Assembly: GCA_964016885.1 (NCBI GenBank)
Contig: OZ024742.1
Span: forward strand, 357,864,001-357,928,000
Origin: Eledone cirrhosa
Lineage: Eukaryota
Direction of reading: 5' to 3'
DNA: 64,000 bases
Positions within the stretch are counted from its first letter, which is position 1; every line of letters begins with the position of its first letter. Below are positions 25,741 through 38,350 of the stretch, piece after piece. The notes beneath the pieces are model-generated. The model worked only from the letters and a program-made list of their open reading frames with translations. It ran no database searches and had not been told where the DNA came from. A program made the translations under genes and the position numbers.

Positions 25741-28700
25741 TCAACCCTTGGACGAGAATGCGAGCACTCCTCATTGTTTCGACCGCGGACGGCTAACATA
25801 ACCCCATCGCCCCCCGCCCCTCACCGCCCCCAACCCCCAAACGCAATCCAAAACTTCAGAGTTGGTACCATAAATGTAGGCACCCTAAAGGGTCGCGCTA
25901 ACGAGGTTGTAGAAATGCTTGAACGTAAGGAGGTCGATGTTTGTTGTATTCAAGAGACCAGGTGGAGGGGTGGGTCTGCTAGGTTCATTGAGGGTAAAAA
26001 ACGTTGTTATAAGCTTTTCTGGGTGGGAAACGACGATGGGCTGGGTGGAGTAGGAATCATGGTAGCAGAAAAGTGGGCAGATAAGATAATAGACGTAAAT
26101 AGAGTGAACGACAGAATAATTAAAATACGACTTGTCCTCAATAGAACTACGGTGACAGTAATATCTGCGTACGCACCCCAATCCGGACTGCCCGGCACTA
26201 TAAAAGACAGATTCTATGAGACACTGATGCTAACTACCTCCCAAATATCCGACAGTGACTATATAATTATCGCAGGCGACCTAAATGGTCACGTTGGACA
26301 ACATTGTGACGGCTACGACGAAATCCATGGAGGCTATGGGTTTGGTACTAGAAATGAGGAAGGCTCCAGAATCCTGGAATTCTGTGATGCAAATAACCTA
26401 ACTATCTGTAACACTAACTTCAAAAAACGTGACAATCACCTGATCACCTATAGATCCGGGGAACACACAAGCCAGGTAGATTATATCCTTACCAGAAGAC
26501 GTGACAGAGTGTCTGTTGTTAACACTAAATCCCTCCCCCATGAAGAATGCACCTCCCAACATAGACTGATAATTAGCGACCTCATAGTCAGGACGAGACG
26601 TACTCGACAACAGAAGAGGACTATCCTCAGGAGGAAAATATGGAAGCTAAAGGACCCCACAGCCAGGAATAAATTTCAAAGCATATTACTTGATGCTTTC
26701 GACAGTAAGGAAGAACATTTAGAGTCGGACAATATAGAGGGAGAGTGGGAATTTCTGAAAGCAGACCTGCTGTTGGCGACAGACGAGGTCTGTGGCTGGA
26801 GCAGGCCTGTAGGCAGGAGGAGAGTAACATGGTGGTGGAACAGTAAGGTGGAGGGGTCAATTAAGGCCAAAAAGCAGGCTTGGAAAGTATGGCGGGATGG
26901 GGGAAGTAGAGAGGACTATCAAGTGGCCAGGAGGGAAGCTAGGAGACAAGTGTACTTAGCAAGAAGGGAAGCTGAGGAAAGAAAGTTCAAGCATGTTCTA
27001 CAACGCGATGACCAAAAACGTGAGGTGTTCAGGATTGCTAGGCAATGCGTCAAGGAAAACCGTGATATTGTCGGGGAGAAGTGTGTACTAAACGACGATG
27101 GCACACTTGCCATCACCGACGCTGATAAGAAGGTAGCTTGGAAGTGTCACTATGAAAGGCTTCTAAATGAGGAGAATAATTGGGAGAAAGGCAGTCTCCC
27201 CCATATCGACCCAATAGAGGGACCAGCAGTGTTAGTCGAGGGGAGTATAATAAGTAAGGCAATCAAGGATATGAAGACTGGTAAGGCGGCTGGGCCTTCG
27301 GAAATAGTTGCTGAGATGCTGAAGGCATCTGGCACGGTGGGACACACCATGGTCACCCGCATAGTTAACCAAGTCGTACAAAACGGGGTTGTTCCGAAGG
27401 ACTGGCATAGCAGCATCATCGTTAACTGTTATAAGGGTAAAGGAGACGCCCTAGATAGGAGTAACTATAGAGGCATTAAATTAATCGACCAGGTCATGAA
27501 GGTCACGGAAAGAGTAATAGCGCAACTAATCAGAGAGAGAATTGACCTAGATGAAATGCAGTTCGGGTTTGTGTCAGGCAAAAGTACCACAGACGCTCTT
27601 TTCATAGTACGACAACTACAAGAGAAGTACCTAGCTAAAGGTAAACCCCTCTACTTAGCTTTTGTCGACTTGGAGAAAGCCTTCGACAGAGTCCCCCGCT
27701 CCATTATCTGGTGGGCTCTTAGAAAACTAGGCGTTGACGAATGGCTTGTGAGGGCTATACAAGCCATGTATAAAGAAACAGTCAGCAAGGTTAGAATTAA
27801 CAACGAATATAGTGAAGAGTTTAGCGTAAAAGTCGGCGTCCATCAGGGCTCTGTTCTCAGTCCACTACTATTTATTATTGCCCTTCAGGCCATAACAGAG
27901 GAGTTCAAGACAGGCTGCCCATGGGAACTCCTATACGCAGACGACCTGACACTCATAGCGGAATCAATGGCCGAGCTAGAGAAGAAATTCCAAACATGGA
28001 AGCACGGCCTAGAGTCAAAAGGACTTAAAATTAACCTGGCTAAGACCAAAGTACTAGTTTGTAGGAAAGAAAACAAGGCGGCGGTCCCTTCTGGGAAATG
28101 GTCGTGCTCGGTGTGTAGGAAAGGCGTAGGTAGAAACTCCATTTTATGTCCTAAATGCAAAGTATGGGTGCATAAAAGATGTAGTGGGATCACAGGTAGG
28201 CTAACTAAGAACATAGATTTTACATGTGGCCGGTGCTCTGGTGCAATAAGTAGCAGCAAGTGCCCACAAACTACTAGCTCTTTCAATTGCGCAGAGGGTT
28301 CTATAGAAATAGTGGACAGCTTCCGTTACCTGGGCGATAAAATCAGCAGTGGGGGAGGGTGCTCTGAAAGTACTGTAGCTAGAGTCAGAACTGGTTGGAA
28401 AAAGTTCAGAGAGCTTATACCACTATTAGCTGCTAAAGGGTTCTCACTAAAAATGAAAGGCAGGTTGTACGATGCCTGCATACGAACAGCAATGCTGCAT
28501 GGCAGTGAGACCTGGGCATTGTGTGCAGAGGATATACGCAGACTAGAGAGGAACGAAGCTTGCATGCTCCGCTGGATGTGTAACAGTAATATACGTGAAC
28601 GGCAAAGCATAAACGAACTAAGGAATAAATTAGAGATAAGAGGGATCAGATGTTGTTTACTCGAGAGAAGGCTACGTTGGTATGGACACGTGATGCGCAT

Positions 28701-29281
28701 GAAAGTCGATAGCTGTATAACAAAGTGCAGGGCAATAAAGATAGACGGTAGTCACGGAATAGGCAGACCTAGAAAAACCTGGGACGAGCTGATAAACTCC
28801 GACATCACACACTTACACCTCTCCAAGACAATGTCACTGGACCGAGACCTTTGGCGGTACTCAGTAACAGAGAAGACCCGCCTTACCTAAATATATAGTA
28901 AAACCTACTCCAGCCAGTAGGCATCTCTAACAAATACACCCCGTCCCACCACCCCCACCCGATCCACACCACCCCGTTCTATGTAAAGTTATGTTGGTGC
29001 CGCGCCATCGAGGCCGAAACAAATGAGATCGTGTAGGTGTCACGACAAAAAAACACACAGTCCACGCTGTAATGTGGCCGTGTAGGCAACACGGTAAAAA
29101 CCTCCCAGACCCACACTGTAAATGTGGTTGGTGTTAGGAAGGGCATCCAACTGTAGAAAACCTGCCAGACAGTCCTATGCGAGCAAGACAATCACTCTTG
29201 CCTCAAGTGGGACTACCCCCGTCCAAACCCATGCAAGCGTGGAACACGGACGTTAAACGTTGATGATGATGATGATGATGA
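25741..29281 (+). mobile_element. RTE-clade LINE, slightly 5'-truncated, coding frame intact
   Basis: Closely related to 5120-8505; inserted in (TA)n; (GAT)n tail. Confidence 0.97.
25774..28890 (+). CDS. RTE apurinic endonuclease-reverse transcriptase polyprotein with a Cys-rich (PHD-like) insert
   Basis: Uninterrupted 1038 aa; GDLNGH, QVDYIL, TSQHR, YADD, CSVC..CPKCKVWVHKRC..CGRC, RLRWYGHV, GRPRKTW; begins at TTG because the upstream ATG seen in the 5035 copy is missing. Confidence 0.93.
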   Translation: MFRPRTANITPSPPAPHRPQPPNAIQNFRVGTINVGTLKGRANEVVEMLERKEVDVCCIQETRWRGGSARFIEGKKRCYKLFWVGNDDGLGGVGIMVAEKWADKIIDVNRVNDRIIKIRLVLNRTTVTVISAYAPQSGLPGTIKDRFYETLMLTTSQISDSDYIIIAGDLNGHVGQHCDGYDEIHGGYGFGTRNEEGSRILEFCDANNLTICNTNFKKRDNHLITYRSGEHTSQVDYILTRRRDRVSVVNTKSLPHEECTSQHRLIISDLIVRTRRTRQQKRTILRRKIWKLKDPTARNKFQSILLDAFDSKEEHLESDNIEGEWEFLKADLLLATDEVCGWSRPVGRRRVTWWWNSKVEGSIKAKKQAWKVWRDGGSREDYQVARREARRQVYLARREAEERKFKHVLQRDDQKREVFRIARQCVKENRDIVGEKCVLNDDGTLAITDADKKVAWKCHYERLLNEENNWEKGSLPHIDPIEGPAVLVEGSIISKAIKDMKTGKAAGPSEIVAEMLKASGTVGHTMVTRIVNQVVQNGVVPKDWHSSIIVNCYKGKGDALDRSNYRGIKLIDQVMKVTERVIAQLIRERIDLDEMQFGFVSGKSTTDALFIVRQLQEKYLAKGKPLYLAFVDLEKAFDRVPRSIIWWALRKLGVDEWLVRAIQAMYKETVSKVRINNEYSEEFSVKVGVHQGSVLSPLLFIIALQAITEEFKTGCPWELLYADDLTLIAESMAELEKKFQTWKHGLESKGLKINLAKTKVLVCRKENKAAVPSGKWSCSVCRKGVGRNSILCPKCKVWVHKRCSGITGRLTKNIDFTCGRCSGAISSSKCPQTTSSFNCAEGSIEIVDSFRYLGDKISSGGGCSESTVARVRTGWKKFRELIPLLAAKGFSLKMKGRLYDACIRTAMLHGSETWALCAEDIRRLERNEACMLRWMCNSNIRERQSINELRNKLEIRGIRCCLLERRLRWYGHVMRMKVDSCITKCRAIKIDGSHGIGRPRKTWDELINSDITHLHLSKTMSLDRDLWRYSVTEKTRLT

Positions 29282-29289
29282 TATATATA

Positions 29290-29795
29290 TGAATGTTTTT
29301 GACTGTTGTTTCTTGTAAACAAACATTCGTCTCATTCTGACGTCACCAGCCCTGTCTTTCCACATGTGCGTTTTATTTTCATAATCACGCATGATGGTGA
29401 ACTAGCCTGCTTTTAAATTCCCTTTTTGGCATATTAATCAGTGATAAATTTTGGTTATCGAGTTGAGCTCTGCTGAGGATCGAATTCCAACCGTGACCAT
29501 CTTCACTGAAAGTTTTCGTGAAATAGTCTTCAAAAGAGCATTTGAAGTTTTTCCAAATTGAAGGATGAGTATTTTAAACTTTATTTTATCATGAGTTAAG
29601 GCTCTATTGATTTTTCCCTGGATTTCACTAAATTCTGTTGGATGAATCTATATCCTGATTCTTTTTGAGTTGAATTTGAATTATTTTTCCCACATCTTAC
29701 GTTAACTATTTTCCCCATTTTGACGCTATAGTCACTTATATCGTATGGAATACTGTTGGCTTTTTGCTACAATATTTTCTATACCTTTCATTTAT
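29290..29795 (+). mobile_element. Diverged copy of the HHR-bearing module at 35448-35940, opposite orientation
   Basis: Reverse-complement similarity along its length; CTGAGGA...TCGTGAAATAGTC at 29473-29528 with the cleavage segment deleted. Confidence 0.8.
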
Positions 29796-29944
29796 ATATT
29801 ATATATATATATATATATGTGTGTGTGTGAATATGTGTAAATGAAGTAATTCTGTCGGAAAGGTCCTCTTCCTTTTCCAGCCTCACTTTCATATAGATTA
29901 TATTTTTGTTTTTAAGATCCGGTCAATAAAGACACCAGGATTTT

Positions 29945-30003
29945 TTCATTCTGATGAATGAAAGCAAATTTTGTTTGCTTTCAAGAAACCACTGGTAAAT
30001 TAA
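29945..30003 (+). ncRNA. Type I hammerhead ribozyme
   Basis: UUCAUU-CUGAUGA-A-UGAAAGCAAA uuuug UUUGCUUUCA-A-GAAA-CCACUGG-UA-AAUUAA. Confidence 0.85.
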
Positions 30004-30033
30004 ATAATTATCTGATGTTGTTTATTACATAAC

Positions 30034-30064
<31 letters not shown>

Positions 30065-30164
30065 AGTAGTAACACAAGAGTTACTTTGTGTTACTACTTC
30101 TACCAAACTCGTCCCATGGACTGAGTGCTCTACTACTACGGATATTACCTTCCAGTGTTCTACC

Positions 30165-30195
<31 letters not shown>

Positions 30196-32179
30196 AGAGA
30201 GAGAGAGAGAGGGAGAGAAAGGATGACGTTATTGAATATGGAGTGGATGTATAGATACAGGCCTGATACCATCTGGTACTCTCACACCACCACTACCACC
30301 ACCAGTTTTCAATTGTGCTCTCTCAGATTTAGATTAGAAAGTTTATAAAAACACCCTGACATATGTTTCTTGTAAAAGAGTGCCCTCCAGGATGTTCAGA
30401 AGCCCTTCCTCACCTTTGAGCCCTTCTCATGAGAATGAAAGCCTAGTGAGAGCACTGCAGTGTAGTGTCATCATCAGATATGAGTGATGATGAGTGGGAG
30501 TGATAAATATGATTAAGAGGTGTTGTGGGTCAGGGAATGTCTCAGATCTAATGTCAGGGTAAGGATGGTGTGTACATCTATTGCACTGACTGGATGCACT
30601 GTATAAGATTTCTAAACAGCATATCAAGCACGGACATTTTCCTGGTAGTAACAGAGTTCTGTTTTTCTTTATCATCCCCACTTAATATCTCTTTTGAATG
30701 AGTTAGATGGGCTTTGAGGCTAGACTAGTCAGTGGTTCCTTCATATGTTGTGATTTTGGCAGGGTTTCTATAGCTGGATGTCTCTCCTTAGACCAACAAC
30801 TTTACAGTATAAACTGGGAGTATTTTCTGCATACTAAAATGTTTTTTTGTTTTTTTTTGTTAGATTCACATTTAGATCTTTTAATTCCAGATTTTGCTCC
30901 CAAATTTGGAATTTCCTCTCTAATTATTTTACATATACATGATAAATGATACTAGAAATAACAATGTTATCAAGTATAAATTCCATAGAAAGTGTATAAC
31001 TTGCATTAATTGATAACTACTATAGTTAAAATAAAATCTCCAACATTTCTACAGAAATGGAAAAGTCAAATTTAGATGTATGCTAAATATTTCTTGAGAA
31101 TCATATACAATCAGATATTTTAATATAGAACACTTCTTTCTGTGAGCAAGATATCTTTGAAAAGAAATTGTTTACTGCACCTGAAAACATCTCAAACAGT
31201 TATACATGCTTCAGAGGAAATCTATTAAAAACCTAAATCAATTAAGGCAAAAGTTCATATAGGAAACATCCTCTTGAATACACAAACATAGTTCTCTCAG
31301 AATGTATATAGAAGATTTAATGCAGGGGGAAAATAATGTAAATATTGCTTGATTGATTTTACCTGATTCATTAATGGGGCAGAAAACATGTTGTTTTGCA
31401 TCAAAGAGAAGCTACTTATATAAAGCTAATGAATGTCCTAAACAACTTAGTAAATCTTTGACTCTTATAGAAAACGTTGGCATGACATTATTGCAGAATA
31501 AGGTTCTACACAGATAGAAGATATTTTCTCATTGACTAGACAAAATAATAAAGAACTAGAAGAAAACATTGTCAAATAATAGTCTTGTCCCTTAGAGAGA
31601 GATATATCTTTCAAAGAAGCTAATAATGTTCAATATATTGTTAGAATTAGCAAGGGATTTAGATTATTCTTTATAATACGAGGAGCAATAGAACCAATAA
31701 ACACATATGAATAAAACGTGAGAAAATTACTTGGCTATCATTCAACTGAATAAAATAATGAAACAATAAGAATCACAAACAGTATTATAAAATCATATAT
31801 ACACTCCATGTACATTCATATACTCCACACTCATGCATACACATACATGCACACATACATACACACACATACATAAGCACACATACATACACTTACACAG
31901 ACATACAGACACTTACACATAAACCTACAAAAGAACCACCACCAAAACCAGCTTTGCCAATAAATTATATTTATATACATAAATTGCAATAAGGAATAAA
32001 AACAGCAATAATGATAATTTCTCACAGAAGCACAAGGCCAAATCTTTGTAGAGAAAGAACAGTTGATTAAATCAAGACTTTTACTTGATTGCTACTAGTG
32101 GAAAGAAACTCTCAGGAGAGCTGGACAGAAGAAGATCTTCAGAGAAGAAACTCCCTCAAGCGAGTGCTTCAACCCCTAA

Positions 32180-32210
<31 letters not shown>

Positions 32211-32759
32211 CCCTCTTTCTCTTTCTATCTCTCTCTCTCTATATATATATATATGTATATATATTATTATTATTATTCCTGAGAGTGGGGTGCAGAGTCC
32301 TCAAACACTATATATATATATAGTGGTAAGAAACACTCAGCAGAGCTGGACAGGAAAAGGTCTTCAGAGAAGAGCCCCCACCTCAAGCAAGTGTTTTGGC
32401 TCTTAACTTCTCACACTTTAAAGGGGCCAGGCCACATCAAGGTCATGACTCTTGGGTGCCCTTCTTCTGACATTTAGCCATTCAGATATCTGAGACCTGC
32501 TGTGTATTTAAACTGTTGGATATTTTACTGACAGGATCTAGCTGGAACTCCCCTCCATTGCCTTTGCTTTCAAACTTATATTAAAATGCTTTCTTGAAAT
32601 GGAAAAATAACATTGGTAGTCATGGCAGCAGTGTTATGTCAACAGTATCGCTGGTGCCATCCCCAACACTACAATCACAACTGACTTAGAGTTACTTCCC
32701 AGTGCATTAAGATACAATCATGACCCTCTCTCATTATATGGAGGTCATTTTTGTTCCCC

Positions 32760-32957
32760 CTCGACCAGACCCAGCTGGAACTCATTTCCACTGCCTCTGA
32801 TTACCTTTAGAGATTTCATCCTTGTCGACCAGACTCAGCTGAAGCTCCTTTCCAGTGCCCCTGATATTACCGTTAGAGATTTCATCCTTGTCGACCAGAC
32901 CCAGCTGGAGCTCAATTCCACTGCTTCTGATATTACCTTTAGAGATTTCATCCTTGT
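32760..32957. repeat. Three tandem ~64-66-bp units
   Basis: tcgaccagacccagctggaactcatttccactgc...tagagatttcatccttg repeated three times. Confidence 0.9.
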
Positions 32958-33420
32958 CTTCCTTCTTTATCAAACTTGGAAAGATAAATAAAAAAGTATA
33001 TTTCAGCAGTGATTGAATTGGGAATGTAAAGTGCTTCAACACGTAGCACAAGGCAATTTGTTAGAAATTCTAAAGGTTATGCATGTATACACACATTGGC
33101 TGTATCTCAGTGTGGATATATTGGATGTATCTCAGTGTGGTACTAGCATGAGGTAGATTGCTATGTCCTTTACAGAAACTGAAATATTTGGCAAGATTTT
33201 AATAACTGAATACTAACCATAGAGAGTATACTAAGGTAATTTTATCATATAGTACTGCTGGTGCCACAATAAGAAAGCACCCAGTCCACCCTATAAGGTG
33301 GCAGTGATAGTGTCAAGATAAAATGCACCTCATACAAGTCATATATATATATATATATATATATATAGTATATACAATAAATAAGAGAGATGGTTTTATT
33401 CGTACTTCCCTATTTTATTT

Positions 33421-33487
33421 GTTATACATATTTCAAAGATGTAAGGTAGTTATATAATAACTGCCTTACACGTTCTCTTCAGATAAA
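33421..33487 (-). ncRNA. Degenerate hammerhead motif with a long stem II
   Basis: UUAU-CUGAAGA-gaacg UGUAAGGcAGUUAU uau AUAACUaCCUUACA ucuuu-GAAA-uaugu-AUAA; cleavage triplet appears damaged; short IR at 33373/33543. Confidence 0.55.
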
Positions 33488-33686
33488 CATACAAACTAGA
33501 TGTAATATTCCATTGATATGTTACCAGTCGGACATGTTTTAACTCTTATTTATTGTAATAAAACTCCGGATAAACAAAAACTGTTGAGTGCTTCACGTCT
33601 GTTAAAGAATAAGTCGGTAGAATTTTAATCTACCAACTTTCTTCAATTGAATAAAAATATATACAATATATATGTAGAATGTTTAA

Positions 33687-33907
33687 CCCTTTAGCATTTA
33701 CATTACGCTATATATACTATTGTATTTTCACGGTAAAGGCTTTACCTCACATAATTATTTCACATAATATTGAATCTACGAGATTTTGATGTTATTTATT
33801 TTGAGAACAGTAACTTAACATCAGTATGAGTGGCCGGTTACAACCAGTTTCAACAGAAAGAAGTGAGAGAACTCTGGCCGGATACAGCCGGTTTAAATGC
33901 TAAAGGG
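33687..33907. mobile_element. piggyBac-type MITE
   Basis: TTAA|CCCTTTAGCATTTA...TAAATGCTAAAGGG|TTAA. Confidence 0.9.
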
Positions 33908-34907
33908 TTAAACCAATGAAAACAAGTTGCAGCGATGTTGTTGAAAGATGTAAACAATATAATCACCCACCCACCCCCATGACTGTCCAGTATTTTATAA
34001 TGTTTATTTATCAGTAGATTGTTGTTATTGTTACTGTCATTGTTGTTGTCATTGCTGTTGTTTTGTTGTTGTTGTTATTTAGCTGTATTCCAACCTTGAA
34101 CAGATTGATGACCATAATTATTCCATGTATGTCCTTTCTGTCTTTATTTTGAGAAGGTAAGTCTAAGACACCAATAACTGTTCTTTTTCATGACAGCAGT
34201 GTGTGATTTCAGGAAGATTTGGCTACTATTTCTAGCAGTTTTAGTGACAATGCCCTTCAGTTGTCAGATCAATTTTCTCAAGCTAGTATATATATATATA
34301 TATATATATATATCATCATCATCATCATCAACACCGTTTTACGTCTGTTCTTCCACGCTAGCATGGGTTAGACGGATTGTCCTGTTGTGGGCAGTGTCCA
34401 GTCAGCTGACCTTGTCTTGCTCATACAGGAACTGATTTGGCTTGATTTCTACAGCTGGATGCCCTTCCTAACACCAACCTCATTTACAGTGTGGGCTGGG
34501 TGCTTTTTTGCTGTGGCTCCTCTCTCTATTTATATATGTGATAACAAGTTATCGTTTTAGGTAATCCAGCTAGAGGTTGTGAGTACTCTGTACGAAGGAT
34601 AGTTTTAATGTACGGCGTTGTTTGACTCAACAAGAGGTTTCCTTAGTTAGGTAGCGAGTTTGCGAGAATTCCCATGCAGATGATTATTGGAGTAATAATA
34701 GTGAAAGAGTGAATAAGGTCGAGTGACGCAATTTCGAGTGATTAGCGGTCTTTAGACTCACCTGATCAATGAAACATTTGTTAATACTTGAAATAAAACA
34801 CTTTTTGTACAGCCGACCATGTTATTCTTCACTCCTTCACTACTATATCATCATCATCATCTTCATCTTCGTTTAACGTCCATTTTCCATGCTAGCATGG
34901 GTTAGAC

Positions 34908-34936
<29 letters not shown>

Positions 34937-34941
<5 letters not shown>

Positions 34942-35258
34942 AAAGGTAAACAGAAATAATAACACAATCGGTACAGTGCTTCTTGCATTTAAATATTCCA
35001 CGACTCTCTACCACTTTTCCTCTTCTACATTCTTCTCAGCCGTTTATTTTTCACTCCCACCCTAGTAAATTCAATACATTTTTTTCCAATTCCATCCCGC
35101 CCGTCCCCTTAATCTATTTTATTTCTCATTTTTTTTTCTGATGAAGGACTAGCGTCCAAAACGTTAAGACCCTCTTCCTGCTATATCAAGCGTTAACCTA
35201 ATATATACCTTCCATATACTGTACCGATTGTGTTGTTATTTCTGTTTACCTTTTACAT
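34937..35258 (+). mobile_element. HHR module flanked by a ~40-bp inverted tail
   Basis: Arms 34937-34977 and 35218-35258; HHR-like CUGAUGA-A-GGAC uagc GUCC-(A)AAA-CG-UU-AAGA at 35134-35169 with G12 mutated. Confidence 0.7.
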
Positions 35259-35402
35259 ACATATATATCAACGCTTACGTAGACCTCTCAAAATTCGTTG
35301 GATTTTCTGATTGGACTTTCACTTCGAAACTGGATACCAACCCGGAGTACATCTGAACTTCCACCAGGAAATCTTTCGTATCTTTGAAATTTTCTTTGCT
35401 TC

Positions 35403-35447
<45 letters not shown>

Positions 35448-35454
<7 letters not shown>

Positions 35455-36315
35455 GAAAATAGAGAAATTAATGTGAGCAAGAAGCCAACAGTATTTCATA
35501 ATATATAAGTGACTATAACGTCAAAATGGAAAATAATTAACGTAAGATATGGGAAAATAATTCAAACTCAATTAAAAAAAATCAAGACAGATTTTGTGAA
35601 ATCCAGGAAAAAAAATCAATAGAGACTTAACTCAGAATAAAATAAAGTTTAAATACTAATGCTTCAACTTGGAAAAACTACAAATGCTCTATATAGTCTT
35701 AAAAAGACAATTTCACGAAACTTTTCAGTGGGATTAGTCGCGGTTGGAGTCGTTCCTCAGTAGAGCTCAACACGATAACCAAAAGCCTCACTACCAAAAT
35801 ATGCCAAAAAGGGAATTTAAAAGCAGGCTACTTCACCGCGTGCGGAATTTTGAAAATAAACACACACGAAGACACATGGCTGGTGACGTCAGAATGAGAC
35901 AAATGTCTGTTTACAAGAAACAGCAGTCAAAAACATTCCGAAAAAACTCTACAAAATGTAAGGAGTTCAGCAAAATAGCAATATTATCGTGTTTTTTAAA
36001 AAAAAAAGACCGGGATCAGTCACAAATAATTTTAAGCACTCTAGGAAAAATTTCGAGTATAAATATAAATGAAAATAGAGAAATTAATGTGAGCAAGAAG
36101 CCAACAGTATTTCATAATATATAAGTGACTATAACGTCAAAATGGAAAATAATTAACGTAAGATGTGGGAAAATAATTCAAACTCAATTAAAAAAAATCA
36201 AGACTGAGATTTTATACACAGATTTTGTAAAATCCAGGGAAAAAAACCAATAGAATCTTAAATCAGAATAAAATAAAGTTTAAATACTCATCCTTCAATT
36301 TGGAAAAACTACAAA
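35448..36315 (-). mobile_element. Non-coding retrozyme/pseudo-LTR-like element with ~245-bp direct repeats
   Basis: 35448-35685 is repeated at 36062-36315; a complete HHR lies next to the repeat boundary. Confidence 0.8.
35686..35766 (-). ncRNA. Type I hammerhead ribozyme with an extended stem III
   Basis: GCUCUA-CUGAGGA-ACGA...UCGU-GAAA-UuGUCUU uuu AAGACuA-UA-UAGAGC. Confidence 0.85.
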
Positions 36316-36316
36316 T

Positions 36317-36391
<75 letters not shown>

Positions 36392-36559
36392 AGTGACATT
36401 TAAGAAAACCTGCAACTTATGTTTGACTTGTATATGAACTAAATAAATAAGTCTATAGAGTGAAATATATTGACAATATATATAAATATAAACAAGGAGT
36501 TTGTACTGAGGACCCATAAGTTAGTAGTCTGACATACCTACTAGCCATGAAACATGATT

Positions 36560-36800
36560 GTTCTGTCTCTCTCCATTCCTTTCTCACTTTCCCCCTCTTG
36601 CCTTCTGTTACTCTCTCTCTCGCCTTCTGTCACACTCTCTCTCTCTCTTTCTCTCTTGCCTTGTGTCACTCTCTTGCTCACTCACACACACACTCTCTCT
36701 CCCCTTCTGTCACTCTCTCGCTCACACACACACACACACTCTCCCTCTCTCTTTTGCCTTCTGTCACTCCCACACTCACTCACTCACACACACACACACA

Positions 36801-36839
<39 letters not shown>

Positions 36840-37175
36840 CTTCTGTCACTCTCTCACCCACACTCACACTCACACAGACACTCTCTCTCCCTCTATCTCT
36901 CTCTTGCCTTCTGTCACTCTCTCACCCACACTCACACACACACACACTCTCTCTCTCTCTCTTGCCTTCTGTCACTCTCTCACCCACACTCACACACACA
37001 CTCTCTCTCTCTCTCTCCCCTTTTGTCATTCTCACACACACACACTCTCTCTCTCTCTCTTGCCTTCTGTCACTCTCTCACCCACACTCACACACACACT
37101 CTCTCTCTCTCTCTCCCCTTCTGTCATTCTCACACTCACACACTCTCTCTCTCCCCCTCTCTCTCTCTCTCTCTC
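36560..37175. repeat. Compound minisatellite with unit cttgccttctgtcactctctcacccacact(ca)n(tc)n
   Basis: Direct reading; source of the SL/TH-rich ORFs. Confidence 0.95.
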
Positions 37176-37627
37176 ATGTAGTTTACTAGATGTGTACAGC
37201 TGTCTGGTTAAGAAGTTTGCTTCTCAGCTCCATAGATTTTGGGGTTCGATATCAAAGCTTCGCCCTTTTGAAAGATACCTTGTACCATAGTCTCGGAACA
37301 ATCGAATCTTCATAAATCAAATTTCTTAGACATGTACTGTGTGGAAACCTGTCAAAGGGACATTTCCTTAATGTTTTACTTAGTTTAACACCTACACCTG
37401 ACCCAGGTGTGCCTTTAACTCAAAACCTCCTGTAACGATTAAACAGAACATATCTAAAAACAGGTTTGTTAATTAAAATGTTTATAGTATCTTTACGAGT
37501 AGATAGATCATTCTTAAAATGTGCATCATAAGAGTAGAGACATTTTGTTTTCATTTGAATTAGTCCCAATATTGTTTTGCACTTTTCATGCAGTACAGGA
37601 CATTGAAACTTAATATAATTCTTTCTG

Positions 37628-37965
37628 AATTCCATATGTCTAATACCCATGGACATGCTTACAAAATCAAAAAAACATTTTTTCCTGCTCAGAGTTGCTG
37701 AAGCATGGAACAAACTACCTGCATCAGTTGTTAGCTGTTGGGATACTGCATCCTTCAAAACTTCCATACTTCCTGAAATTCTCTAACACTATACCTGATA
37801 TCCCCCCTCCATACACACGCACACATGTGTGTCTGTGTCTATGTCATGACCCACTTTTCACTTTCCTGTCATTTGTACATTATTCTATGTACTATACATG
37901 CACCTTTGATGAGTTGTAGTGCACCTTAGCACTGTACACAATAATTTAATTGTTATCATTATTAT
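37628..37965 (+). mobile_element. CR1/L2-group LINE 3' fragment
   Basis: ctcagagttgctgaagcatggaacaaactacctgcatc; matches 62365-62620. Confidence 0.88.
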
Positions 37966-38144
37966 TATAATCTGCTCTGCTGCAACCATTTGGGCTATAT
38001 ATCAGGATTAAGATGACTTTCTTCTATCCTTGACATTAAAATAAAACATGAGCACTACCCTTCTTTATACTAGACTTTGGGGCCCTGAAAAGTCTATTGG
38101 CTACTGTACTCTCCATTTTTCTTAAACCATTAATAACAGTTTCC

Positions 38145-38350
38145 CATATAATCACACGGCCAACAATTTGGGGGAGGGGAAAGTTGATTAAATCAACCCA
38201 AGTGTATTACTGGTAATTTATTTTATCGACCCTGTAAGGATGAAAGGTAAAGTTGACCGTAACAGGATTTTAACTCAGGATGTAAAGAGCTGGAATAAAT
38301 GTTGCAAAGAATTTTCTCTGATGCTCTAACGATTCTGCCAATTCACTGCC
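38145..38350 (-). mobile_element. SINE with a Meta-like central domain (further copies near 19380-19620, 19980-20070 and 21500-21680)
   Basis: Minus strand ggtcaactttacctttcatccttacagggtcgataaaataaattaccag resembles the Meta-SINE domain as recalled. Confidence 0.6.

Noticed and set aside
34695-34846. Imperfect inverted repeat around CAGGUGA...GAAA..UC (minus strand)
   Set aside because: Core non-canonical and stem I absent; too degenerate to call
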